A DNA stretch of 63,950 nucleotides, counting the filler, from Octopus bimaculoides (lineage: Eukaryota): the NCBI RefSeq assembly GCF_001194135.2. It is 6 parts of 6 records of this genome, joined end to end, with 100 filler letters (N's around TTAATTAATTAA, not from the genome) between each part and the next. Parts side by side here need not be neighbours in the genome. Positions count along the whole stretch, not along the records: positions 19,406 to 29,336 come from NC_069006.1; positions 29,437 to 50,352 come from NC_069002.1; 4 more parts are not named here. The stretch is one strand, 5' to 3'. The position numbers and the translations under genes are program-made. Positions 25,145-36,502 of the stretch are shown here, one piece after another. The notes below the pieces were generated by a model. The model did not search any database. It saw only the letters and a program-made list of their open reading frames with translations, and was not told the DNA's origin. Numbering within the stretch: the stretch's first letter is position 1; the number at the start of each line of letters is the position of its first letter.

Positions 25145-26031
25145 NNNNNNNNNNNNNNNNNNNNNNNNNNNNNNNNNNNNNNNNNNNNNNNNNNNNNNNN
25201 NNNNNNNNNNNNNNNNNNNNNNNNNNNNNNNNNNNNNNNNNNNNNNNNNNNNNNNNNNNNNNNNNNNNNNNNNNNNNNNNNNNNNNNNNNNNNNNNNNNN
25301 NNNNNNNNNNNNNNNNNNNNNNNNNNNNNNNNNNNNNNNCCCCCCCTCCATTCATCCATCCTTCAATCTATCCATCTATCGCTCTCCCCTTCCTTTCCCT
25401 CTCTACACCCTTTTCTCTCTCTCTCTTCCTTTCCTCTCTCTCTTTATGAGATCATAAGAGCAAAAACAAAAAAAGAAAGAAAGAAAAAAGAAAACCGTAA
25501 GAAATTCTAACCCGGTTGGCTGAGCTACTCCTGCAATGCCGGCAGCAAAGCAAAGCCTGCAGCAACAACTAAGCTGCCCATAACGCTACGACACGTTAAG
25601 GAGCTCCACTTTGAAAATAGGGAGTCGGAGTGTTCTCGCAATCAAGGAGCAGCCAATTAGGAACTTTCGTTCTCTGTCAGTCGCTCATACATTTGTATTT
25701 ATGTTGGCATGTGTGTTCACATATGCATATATCTATATATAAATTTGCAGGTATCTATGTGTGTATATATATATATATATATACACATACATATACACAC
25801 ACACAAATGCCTGGTTGCTACCTGAATATGCAAGTAATGGAAAGAAGTAAAGATTTTTTTTAAATACTGAAATGTTAATAAAATAAGAGAAGAAAAACGT
25901 AACAAAAAGATGAGGAAATGAAGAAAAGCGAGAGTTGAAGAATAAATAAACAGAACGGGAGCGCATTATATATATATATATATATATATACATACATACA
26001 TACATACATACATATAAATATATACATATAT

Positions 26032-26195
26032 ACGACGGGCTTCTTTCAGTTTCCCTCTACCAAATCTACTGACAAGGCTTTGGTCGGCCCGAGGTTATAG
26101 TAGAAGACACTTGCCCAAGGTGCCATGCAGTGGTACTGAACCAGGAAGCATGTGGTTGGAAAGCAAGCTACTTACCACACAACCACTCCTGCGCC
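26032..26195 (-). mobile_element. SINE family A 5' half
   Basis: Near-consensus head and core ending ...accactcctgcgcc. Confidence 0.9.
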
Positions 26196-26284
26196 TATAT
26201 ATATATATGCGTATACATGTGTGTATACGTATGTAATTACAACAATATGCAGGACTATACACACACAGAAACATGCACTGACAT

Positions 26285-26328
<44 letters not shown>

Positions 26329-26805
26329 ACATTCATCCATATCGTCCATGGACTTACAGCGCATCAATTTCCGTGACTAGCTTTGTATTTTACATATTGA
26401 TAATTTCCATGAATATCAATTAGTGTACACGTACACAGACGTACAAACACATTCATATACGCACGTGGATTTGTTCATATATGCATATACATATATATAT
26501 GTGAGTGTGTGTATTTATGTGTGTCTGTGTCCGTGTGTATATGAACATTCGTATGTATGTATATGTGTGTATGTATGTATGTGTGTATGTACTTATGTAT
26601 GTATGTAAAGACAAAGCTGCGACATGTCATGTCCAGGACAAAATATATACAATTGTAAAATAGTGGAGAAGAAACATCGATAGTTGTTTGGGTGGAGAAA
26701 AAAAGCCAAATGAAAAGAAGTGAAGGAAATATCGATAACTGAGGTATACACATCCTGATGTGTATGTATATACACTTACACCCCTATCCCCACCACACAC
26801 ACATA

Positions 26806-27360
26806 CAAGGTGCGGTGGATATATTGTCGTCTAAATTATGCAAAGATGAAAATACCACTGACATCTCATTCTAACAGATATATTTACCAAAATTACATAA
26901 AAATATCTTGAAATACTAAAGAGTAAATTTATTCAATAAAATCGCCATTGGTTTAGCCATCGCCTTTAGACGACTTTCGAATCTCCAGTAATTCTTCAGG
27001 ACGGTCTCCTTGTTTAAGTTGGTGAATGCTGCCATAATCCTTGCCTTCAGTTCATCTTTACTGTTACAAGGAGTTTTGTTGGTCTCTCGCTCAACTGTAC
27101 CCCACACATAATAATCAAGGGGGTTGGAATTTTGGGGGAGTTAGGTGGCTAGATGTTAGGGGTGATGTGGTCACAGAAATTGTCTGACAACCATTCCTGG
27201 GTTCTCCTGCTTGTGTGGCATTGTGCAGAGTCCTGTTGCCAGGCATAGGGTCTTCCAGCAGCCAACCTCTTCACCCAGGGCAGCACTACTTCCTCCAGGC
27301 ACTTGATATAGGCCTCCGTGTTGAGTCTGTGGCCATGTGGGAAGATGCCTTATTTTCGTG
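26806..27360 (-). mobile_element. maT / DD37D Tc1-mariner transposon 3' remnant
   Basis: Minus strand: ...EVVLPWVKRLAAGRPYAWQQDSAQCHTSRRTQEWLSDNF...PPNSP..NPLDYYVWGTVERETNK..., giving ~37-residue D-D spacing; terminus caaggtgcggtggata after TA at 26804. Confidence 0.8.
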
Positions 27361-27400
27361 CACCCAGTCACGCACTTAGAACATTCACATATGTATGCGT

Positions 27401-27443
<43 letters not shown>

Positions 27444-27689
27444 CACTCAAGTGACCTATGTGCGTGTATATGGAGTAGTGTCTATATTTACATATCGAAA
27501 TATATATACATGTTTAAGTATAGACACTCCTCCATATACACGCATGCGTGCGTGTGTGTGTGTGTGTGTGTGTGTGTATGGTATGAGTGTGCATGTGTAT
27601 TTACGTGTATGTTTGTCTTATATATATATATACACCTCAGTCCAATTAAGTCTATACACACACACTGTCACACCTTTTATACGCCATCA

Positions 27690-28284
27690 CCATCAACAAC
27701 AGAATATATACACACCGCCATCTCGATATACCCGACTGCCCCCACTACCACGGCTACCACCACCAGCACCACCATTGCTATCATCATCATCATCATCGTC
27801 ATCAACATTAGTGAGCGTCATCGTCTCACCCATCCTCGTCTGCACCCCACTCCGCCTCCTCTTCATCATTGTCACGACCAATGTCATCATTGTCATCATC
27901 GAAGATACCGTCAGCAACATCAACATTTTCGTCGTCGTCGTCATCATCAGCCTCATCAGCAATAATCATTATCATCATCAACATGGTCGTCGTCGTCGTC
28001 ATTATCCTCCTCCTCCTCCTCCTCCTCATCACCATGGTGATCATCGTCGACATCGTGGTCGTCATCATCATCATCAGCATCCTCATCATCAACGCGGTCC
28101 TTATAGTCTTTATAACGGACAGGCCTTCATTAGCCTCTGCCCCACCACAAATTCTCCATCTAAGCCCCCCCCCCCCGGGCACACCTCCATTATCGTCACA
28201 TCTCACAATTACTGTCACATTCCCCACCCACGAAGATCATACAGAAAACACTCGCAGAGCTGCAACCGCCACCACCACCACCAC
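27690..28284. repeat. long degenerate trinucleotide low-complexity tract (CAT/CAC/CGT/CCT)
   Basis: Seen directly; open in several frames only because it is a triplet repeat. Confidence 0.9.
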
Positions 28285-29210
28285 NNNNNNNNNNNNNNNN
28301 NNNNNNNNNNNNNNNNNNNNNNNNNNNNNNNNNNNNNNNNNNNNNNNNNNNNNNNNNNNNNNNNNNNNNNNNNNNNNNNNNNNNNNNNNNNNNNNNNNNN
28401 NNNNNNNNNNNNNNNNNNNNNNNNNNNNNNNNNNNNNNNNNNNNNNNNNNNNNNNNNNNNNNNNNNNNNNNNNNNNNNNNNNNNNNNNNNNNNNNNNNNN
28501 NNNNNNNNNNNNNNNNNNNNNNNNNNNNNNNNNNNNNNNNNNNNNNNNNNNNNNNNNNNNNNNNNNNNNNNNNNNNNNNNNNNNNNNNNNNNNNNNNNNN
28601 NNNNNNNNNNNNNNNNNNNNNNNNNNNNNNNNNNNNNNNNNNNNNNNNNNNNNNNNNNNNNNNNNNNNNNNNNNNNNNNNNNNNNNNNNNNNNNNNNNNN
28701 NNNNNNNNNNNNNNNNNNNNNNNNNNNNNNNNNNNNNNNNNNNNNNNNNNNNNNNNNNNNNNNNNNNNNNNNNNNNNNNNNNNNNNNNNNNNNNNNNNNN
28801 NNNNNNNNNNNNNNNNNNNNNNNNNNNNNNNNNNNNNNNNNNNNNNNNNNNNNNNNNNNNNNNNNNNNNNNNNNNNNNNNNNNNNNNNNNNNNNNNNNNN
28901 TCCCGCCACCACCACCACCACCACCTCCGCCCCTTTCGTTAACGCAGTGATTAGAAAAAAAACTAATTCCGTAGATTTCGGTTAATGTTGCTGAACATAT
29001 AAAATAGGACTAATTTACCATGGCAACAACATCTGCAACAGCAACGGCAGCAGAAGAAGCTGCAGCAACAGCAACGGCAGCAGAAGAAGCTGCAGCAACA
29101 ACAACAACAGCAACAACAGGTTGAATAATTACAACAGTTGTACGAAGAGACATCTCCAAATCATTTATGTATGCATAATGTATGTATGTATGTATGTATG
29201 TATGTGTGTA

Positions 29211-29262
<52 letters not shown>

Positions 29263-29989
29263 CACACATATACATATACACACACATATATACATATATA
29301 TATATACATATATATACATATATATATATATATATANNNNNNNNNNNNNNNNNNNNNNNNNNNNNNNNNNNNNNNNNNNNTTAATTAATTAANNNNNNNN
29401 NNNNNNNNNNNNNNNNNNNNNNNNNNNNNNNNNNNNTATATATATATAAATATATATATATATAAAATTAAAATATGAGTTTCAAGCTTCTTTATTTTTG
29501 ACAATTTCAGCCACACTTTCAATCAGAAAACTAATCTTTATCCATTGCGAGATACCATTAACAAAAAAAAACTCTGTGACTTGGCGCACTTCATTCCATT
29601 ACTACTAATTTTCTATTTTCCACCATATTTATGTATATTGTATGTTGTCATTTAAGCGTAAATTTTTTTAAAATCTAAAAGTGAAACTTTCAAATTCCAA
29701 CAGGTTTCGTAGCATCACCTATAATGCAGCGCCCATGTTGCAGCTTCCATGATGCAAGAGCTGAATAATCATCGTATGAAATGCTACTTCTTTCAACCCA
29801 AAGCCTTTTTTCACGGAAATGTATCATTATTGTGGAACCTCAGAGTGTGATGTTGCAATTTGTTACATACACGTTGTATCATATTATTAAAACATGCGAC
29901 AAAATTGTATGTTGATAGTTAAATTATTAAGAAAAAAGAAATATATATACATATATAAAACACTATATGAAAACCAAGACAAAATTTCA

Positions 29990-31954
29990 ATGAAGAATAT
30001 CAATGGAATCCTTAATTACTTTGGGTTAATAATGAATCGTATATTCCTTCGAATATCCTATATATCCCTTGTAATTATATTATGTCTACTTTACCATACA
30101 TGGTTCAGATTGTATTTACCTCTCGTCAAAACTGAGAATATGTTAAGTTTTATAAGCAACAAGAACAAACATGAGAAAAAATTAGAAAACACATCAAAAG
30201 ACGCGCTTGCAAATGAACCTGATAGATATCTTATTGATACAATTGGTTGTAAAATACTAGCAATTGATATACCTGAAACTAATTTTAACATTAATCGTTC
30301 CTCAGTAGTATGCCCTGGTCCACCAAGGTTAACAAAAGTCGTTGGTACAATTTTGTACGTGGACCAATCAATTAAAGCAGCTTATTACTCGAACAAAATT
30401 AAACGCTGTCAGAAGTGGAGTATTAAACGAGGTAACAGCGATAATGATATTGTCTTTGGAAAACCGACTACCTTTCATAACCAAACTAAAATTGATGCAG
30501 AGTTCAGTGTGATAAAATGTGTAGGATTTAATAATTCCGTCTTATATACAGATTTCCACAGTCGTATCATTGATAAAGAACATGTTCGGAAGAAGTTGAA
30601 GTCCCAGTCTGGTAAAAGAGCTGAAGATATTCCACTTAGTGTTCTTCTTATTGGAATTGATTCAACGTCTCGCAATAGCTTCTCTAGACAAATGCCTCGT
30701 TTAAAGAAGTACCTTCTAGAAACACTAAAAGCTTATTCATTTCCTGGATTAACAAGAGTTGGTGTGAATACTCTACCAAATATAATACCGTTATTAACAG
30801 GAAAACTTTTGAACGAAAGTAAATATCGCCAAGGTATGCCTTTTGACTCAGTAGATTTTATATGGAAAAACTATAGTTCCAAAAATGCTATAACACTTTT
30901 GGTAGAGGACCGTCCGAGAACTGGAGCCTTTAATTTTTACCGCCGTGNNNNNNNNNNNNNNNNNNNNNNNNNNNNNNNNNNNNNNNNNNNNNNNNNNNNN
31001 NNNNNNNNNNNNNNNNNNNNNNNNNNNNNNNNNNNNNNNNNNNNNNNNNNNNNNNNNNNNNNNNNNNNNNNNNNNNNNNNNNNNNNNNNNNNNNNNNNNN
31101 NNNNNNNNNNNNNNNNNNNNNNNNNNNNNNNNNNNNNNNNNNNNNNNNNNNNNNNNNNNNNNNNNNNNNNNNNNNNNNNNNNNNNNNNNNNNNNNNNNNN
31201 NNNNNNNNNNNNNNNNNNNNNNNNNNNNNNNNNNNNNNNNNNNNNNNNNNNNNNNNNNNNNNNNNNNNNNNNNNNNNNNNNNNNNNNNNNNNNNNNNNNN
31301 NNNNNNNNNNNNNNNNNNNNNNNNNNNNNNNNNNNNNNNNNNNNNNNNNNNNNNNNNNNNNNNNNNNNNNNNNNNNNNNNNNNNNNNNNNNNNNNNNNNN
31401 NNNNNNNNNNNNNNNNNNNNNNNNNNNNNNNNNNNNNNNNNNATAGAAACCAAAATCGTCTTGTGACGATTTTCGATGTTTATGCCACGCTTTCTGAAAA
31501 TCTGAACAGAGGGAAACAAACTCGAATGATGATGAGTAACAGAAGCATCAGTCTTATGTCACCAATACCAAGTAACAGAACATGTAAAGAAGCAGAAATA
31601 CCTGCGCAATTCTGTGAGTGTTTCTCAGCAAGAAAGCAAGTAAGTGTTGAAAATGTGAACGTGACCCAAGCAGCCAACGCTGTTGTGAAATCACTGAATA
31701 AACGTTTAGAAAAAGGAAAAGCGAAAAAATGCGCAAAACTGAAATTGAAAAAGATAATACGTGCTTTTAAATATAGAAGTACATACTCTGTAACGTTAAA
31801 GGTGTCACCAAGTGAAGGAATTTTCCAGTCTTTGGGAGAATACCGTGGTAAAATCTTTCGACCGTTTGGAGAAATATTACGAATCAACATATATGGTAAC
31901 CAATCTCATTGCGTCAACACTCCTAACCTGAAACCGTTTTGTTTTTGTGTGTGA
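29990..31954 (+). CDS. DUF229-family protein A (alkaline phosphatase/sulfatase superfamily, N-terminal membrane anchor), single coding exon with internal assembly gap
   Basis: ORF is open from 29894; likely start is ATG 29990 or 30032, before the hydrophobic anchor. Motifs IDTIGCKI, LIGIDSTSR, TRVGVNTLPN, ED.P, NQNRLVT.FD.YATL, RTC..A.IP.QFCEC and terminal RINIYG.QSHC...KPFCFC. 495 N at 30948-31442. Confidence 0.9.
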   Translation: MKNINGILNYFGLIMNRIFLRISYISLVIILCLLYHTWFRLYLPLVKTENMLSFISNKNKHEKKLENTSKDALANEPDRYLIDTIGCKILAIDIPETNFNINRSSVVCPGPPRLTKVVGTILYVDQSIKAAYYSNKIKRCQKWSIKRGNSDNDIVFGKPTTFHNQTKIDAEFSVIKCVGFNNSVLYTDFHSRIIDKEHVRKKLKSQSGKRAEDIPLSVLLIGIDSTSRNSFSRQMPRLKKYLLETLKAYSFPGLTRVGVNTLPNIIPLLTGKLLNESKYRQGMPFDSVDFIWKNYSSKNAITLLVEDRPRTGAFNFYRRXXXXXXXXXXXXXXXXXXXXXXXXXXXXXXXXXXXXXXXXXXXXXXXXXXXXXXXXXXXXXXXXXXXXXXXXXXXXXXXXXXXXXXXXXXXXXXXXXXXXXXXXXXXXXXXXXXXXXXXXXXXXXXXXXXXXXXXXXXXXXXXXXXXXXXXXXXXXXXXXXXXXXXRNQNRLVTIFDVYATLSENLNRGKQTRMMMSNRSISLMSPIPSNRTCKEAEIPAQFCECFSARKQVSVENVNVTQAANAVVKSLNKRLEKGKAKKCAKLKLKKIIRAFKYRSTYSVTLKVSPSEGIFQSLGEYRGKIFRPFGEILRINIYGNQSHCVNTPNLKPFCFCV

Positions 31955-32733
31955 ACCGCTGGTTTCTATTTAATTGTCTTTTGTACACTCGTATATGTAA
32001 CTTAGGAAATGTTTCCAAGATATTTTCCAGCATTATACTCATTCATCTAAATAGCATAACATAATTACAGACAGACACTCTTCTATTAACAACAGCCAGG
32101 ATTGGTAAATAAACTATTGTATTCATGAAACGGGTGTCATAGTTGAGCGGTGCACTTTAAGAATAGACCTCACAAACTCATAGAGAAAGAAAAGAGCACG
32201 AATTCGTTGATAGTTTCTTTCTGAGAAATAATCTTTTGTTCAAAGTATTTAATTCTCTACATTTATATTCATGAGCCTTTTCTAGTGAATTTTTATTAGT
32301 ATTTTTCTAAATAAGGTCGTGATAACTATTCCTAATGTCCGCCACTCAGCTATTTTGCACCCGTCTCATGAGTGTGTTAGATTATTCAAATAAAAAAAAT
32401 TGGCTTTCATTAATGGGAAAGAGCTTAATTATATTTATGCGATTTTATTAAATAAACCAATCAGTTGGAATTTTATTAAATAAACCAGTCAAGTGGAATA
32501 GAAACTCTGATATCTTTTTGATATCTTCTGATATCTACTGTAATACTCCATGGCAGAAGCTGTTTGAAAATAAATTATATTGCATTTCCTTTCAATATTT
32601 GTTGATTTTGTGATTGTTATTTTTCCCTATCGTTCTTCATTAAAACATAATTTCATCAATTTCTAATTGATTGAATGTAACTGGAATTTAGCACATTTTC
32701 TAAATTAAGTTTTGTCGTTACCTGAATAACTGC

Positions 32734-32900
32734 GAAGGTGCGTGGCCTAGTGGTTTGGGTTTTGTCCTCCCGATCTCGAGATCGTGGTTTCGATACCTGG
32801 ACCGTGCGGTGTGTTGTGTTCATAAAGAAAAACACTTCATTTCACATTGCTGCAGTCTACTCGGCTGTAAATGAGTAAGCTTGTAGCGCTCTGGCGTATT
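32734..32900 (+). mobile_element. SINE family C (tRNA head + CORE-like)
   Basis: gtggcctagtggtt..gtttcgatacc..acacttcatttcacattgctgcagtctactcggctgtaaatgagta. Confidence 0.75.
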
Positions 32901-33269
32901 TCTCAGCGAGAATGTTGAGATCTCTTAAACGTAACAGAAACTAATTTGGCTGGATTTAGGGGGTGACAAAATATTTTTAAGGTGTCGGTTATAACATTTT
33001 CAACCATCCTACAGAGGTATGGTCTTTTAAATGAAGTTCAATAAGGCTACATTTTTAAATTTTATGTTTTTGGTTATTTTAGAACTTTATTTTTATTTCT
33101 ATAATTCTATTTATATAAATTACCAGTTTTGTGGTATTTGTGCTTGTGGGGGGTCTGTGTATTGTTTGGTTAACCGTTATAAAAAAGTGACAAGGAATAG
33201 TCCGACAAAAATGAATGTAAATTGCGATGGAAATTAAAAGGGACGATAACAACATCCCAAAATTTCATT

Positions 33270-33470
33270 AAACACATTTGATATCCGATAGCAAGGCTTC
33301 CTATGTAGGTCAAGGCAACTTCTATGCTCATGAAGTTGTCAACAATTCACTGAATTTTGTTGATCCAAACGATGATAACATCCATATACAGACTTTAGAA
33401 GGGGGCAATGGATTCTCGCTTAGAAGAAACTTAGGCAACAATGGGGTGACAATGGGTGGCTTGTGATAAT
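33270..33470 (+). mobile_element. Merlin (IS1016/ISXO2-like) DDE transposase remnant
   Basis: ISDSKASYVGQGNFYAHEVVNNSLNFVDPNDDNIHIQTLEG matches the I.SD.W..Y....Y.H..VNHS..FVDP....HTQ.IE signature of IS1595-family/Merlin transposases. Confidence 0.7.
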
Positions 33471-34309
33471 TTATATACTCATATCTGCATGAACATGCGT
33501 GGCAATACAAGTTTAGAGATTGTTGTTTTCCAGTAAATGTGACTGCTTTCATCAGATACAATATATATGTATGGTTTTTCATGTTATATTAAATATGTGC
33601 ACCTTCTATACCAGTCATGAGGGACCTGTTGCCCGCAGGACTTTCTGAATGGCACGCCTAACCAAAACATCTTAAACTTCTTTTAGTAGTGCATCTCACC
33701 AGATGTTAAGTCATGTCTCATGCGGCCCGCTTCTCTATACATTGGTCATGTTACATAAGTTGCTTACAGGAAATTATAGGGTGTCAGTAATGTCACTGGC
33801 TTCTATTGCAATTTATTTTATGTTTTTAAGAACATATTTGCAACGGTAAACTGCATTTTAATCTATTGTTTTGCCAATAAAGACCTCGCATGTATCAGTA
33901 TTTCATATTTTGCTACTTTAAATAATACTAAGAGTCCTTGTGGAAGTTCCGCTGGTATTTTGAAAACTATAAGATTGGCGATAATTCTGCTTAGAATTCC
34001 AGATTCTCTTTTATCAATCTTTTGTCAATCTCCTGAGACACCGGTCTGAACCAGTTTTCAGGGAAAGAGTAGCTCTGTTGACTTCAGTAGAATATTAACT
34101 CAGAAGGTCAATTATATATTGCAAGATTTTTCATTGTCGAATGCACGAAATTGTTTTTTATTTAAAAGGAAATAAAGACAACACAAATATTTTTTGAAAC
34201 AACTGTACTTTATTTTAATGACAAAATAATTTTGTTTTATTAGAAGACAGAGAACGTTAATGATAATAAATTTGTCCTGTGAAAAATAAGAACTGTGGTG
34301 AACAGTTTA

Positions 34310-34520
34310 ATCACGAAATTGTGGCGACGATATGCATGGCGACGAAACATTTGGTAATAAAATTTTGGCGGCGAAAAATTTAACGACGAGAAGTTTGGTG
34401 AAGGTATGCGTGACGGCGAAAAGTTTTGGTGATGGAAGGTTTGGTGAGAGAAGTGTGAAAGTAACTTTTGCGACGAGAAGTTTGATGACGAAAGTCCGGT
34501 GAGAGGTCACAGATCCGATA
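34310..34520. repeat. degenerate ~15-bp minisatellite (GGCGACGAAAAGTTT-like)
   Basis: About a dozen imperfect units, ending ccggtgagaggtcacagatcc; resembles the internal arrays of non-autonomous DNA transposons. Confidence 0.6.
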
Positions 34521-34539
34521 TTACGGAAATGTAATTAGA

Positions 34540-34660
34540 ATGTCGCATGAAAAAATCCCCAAAACGGATTCTTCAAGTCGATCCAAACGGCAGGAAACGA
34601 AGGGGTAGACCAAGAACAAGATGATTGGATGATATCCATAGTCTCAGTTGGTCACGCTTG
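34540..34660 (+). mobile_element. LINE C-terminal fragment (RTE/CR1-like)
   Basis: RMKKSPKRILQVDPNGRKRRGRPRTR*LDDI motif. Confidence 0.6.
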
Positions 34661-34899
34661 AGAGTCCAACCGGAAAGTGTAATGACGGTTGTTTCTGATA
34701 GGACCCAATGGAAAGAGGCCCGAAGACAACCCCGATTTCCCCAGGAATGTTGGGTGGAATAGTGGGGGTGGCGGAGGAAATGAAAGTCCTGTGAAAAAAT
34801 AGTATAGAATATCTGAATGCTGTGAAAATAAACAGTTTATACTGAAGTGCCTGAAGTGGTGAGTGGTAAAAAAATGTAAGTTATTCAAATGATATTGTT

Positions 34900-35130
34900 C
34901 CAGGTGACCATATATTACAATAACTCCGTTGGCTTGTGACAGTTTCTACAACATTACCTGGATAAAGACATCAACACAGGTGACATCTTGTTACACGTAT
35001 CTATCCATATCTATCTCGTTTAATGATAACAGCAGTAAATGTGCCTTGCAATTAGCATGTTGCCTACCATGGGAGTCACCGGAGACTCCCCACGCTATAT
35101 GTACCGTTGGACTCACCAGTGAATCTCAAT
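34900..35130 (-). mobile_element. decayed Penelope-like RT remnant
   Basis: Minus-strand pieces GESPVTPMVGNMLI (cf. GSP.SP..AN.FM) and DRYV*QD (cf. RYVDD), in different frames. Confidence 0.4.
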
Positions 35131-35759
35131 GGAAATGTTCTTTTTTAGGTTTTTTTTTTACTTAACTGTGGTTCGAAATTCATTCTTCGACTTTTAGGAA
35201 ATGTACAGAACATATTTTTTATTTGAATTTCTCGGGTGGTTTCCAACTTGAATCAATGGAAGCTGAGATAGGATTTGGTAAGACGGGCACAAGCTACTGT
35301 CATCTGTCTGCAACTACCTTTGGGAATCTACAATGCAAAGCCTCCTCTTACCAGTCAGATAATATTTTTTTCTCGTTATCAACTTCATTTGGCTTTTTTG
35401 TTTCTCTGTCCTACTGTGACTCTAGCAGGTCTAAATAAACTTTCTTCACTATTACCTACATAGGAGGCAATACTTACTCTAGCTAACTCCACGTAGTCTT
35501 CTACTGATATTACTTAACCTTCTTCTGATATTACTTAACCTTCTTCTACCTTCCTTTCTGGGTAAGTATATCTTGCTACACCTGCTCTTGGGTGACAGAC
35601 AGACCGGCAGGCAGACGGACGGACGGACGGACGGACGGACGAACGGGCGGACAGACAGACATACAAACAGGGAGGTAGGTAGATAGGTGGATGGGTGGGC
35701 AGCAGACAGACAGACAGAAATACAGACAAACAGACAGACAGACAGAGAGACAGACAGAC

Positions 35760-35809
<50 letters not shown>

Positions 35810-36502
35810 TGCGATTTTTGTTTATTTGATTTGATTTTTGAGACAACAATTAAAATGTCTCTTGATAATATCAGAAATCGCCGTTGGCACGACTCCCCAA
35901 AAATTGTTTTTTGGGAGTCACACGCGCTAACTAACATTTTGCCTAACAAGCACGTTTTGGACCAGAATTCCTTATCTCCTTGTGTACCAGCTGTTTAATC
36001 TTGTTATAAATTGAGCCATTCAGTTATTTTTTTTTTCTTGAGGGATTAGTAAATCATCTAGCACACTCATGAAATGGGTGCAAAGAAGCTAATTGGCGGA
36101 CATTCGGAATAGTTAACACGACCTTATTGAGAAAAGTAAGAGTAAAAATTCACTAGAAAAGGCACGTGGAAATGTAGGGCATAAATCTAAAGAATTAAAT
36201 ATTTTGAACAAAAGATTCTCAAAAGGAATCAGTCAACCAGTTCATAACCCTTTTCCTTCTCCATGAGTTTGTGATACCTATTCTTAAAATCCACCGCTCA
36301 ACTATGACACCCGTTTCATGAGTACAATAGTTTATATAGCAATTATGGCAGTTGTTAATAAGAAGAGTGCCTATAATTATGTTATTTGGATCAATGGTTA
36401 TTATGTTACATGTGTTTAGTTTGATGCTGGAAACTGTCAAGAAAACACTTAATAAGTTATGTGGACGAATATAGAAAAGATAATTAAATAGAAATCAACA
36501 GT

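Noticed and set aside
27318-28950. Long ORFs (537 aa, 357 aa, etc.) rich in His/Pro/Ser/Ile
   Set aside because: Made of dinucleotide and trinucleotide repeats plus N-gap; open in several frames on both strands, with no domain.
30091-31890. Antisense and alternative-frame ORFs overlapping the DUF229 genes (also 36721-36977)
   Set aside because: Shadows of the real CDS; their recurrence in both paralogues only reflects nucleotide identity.
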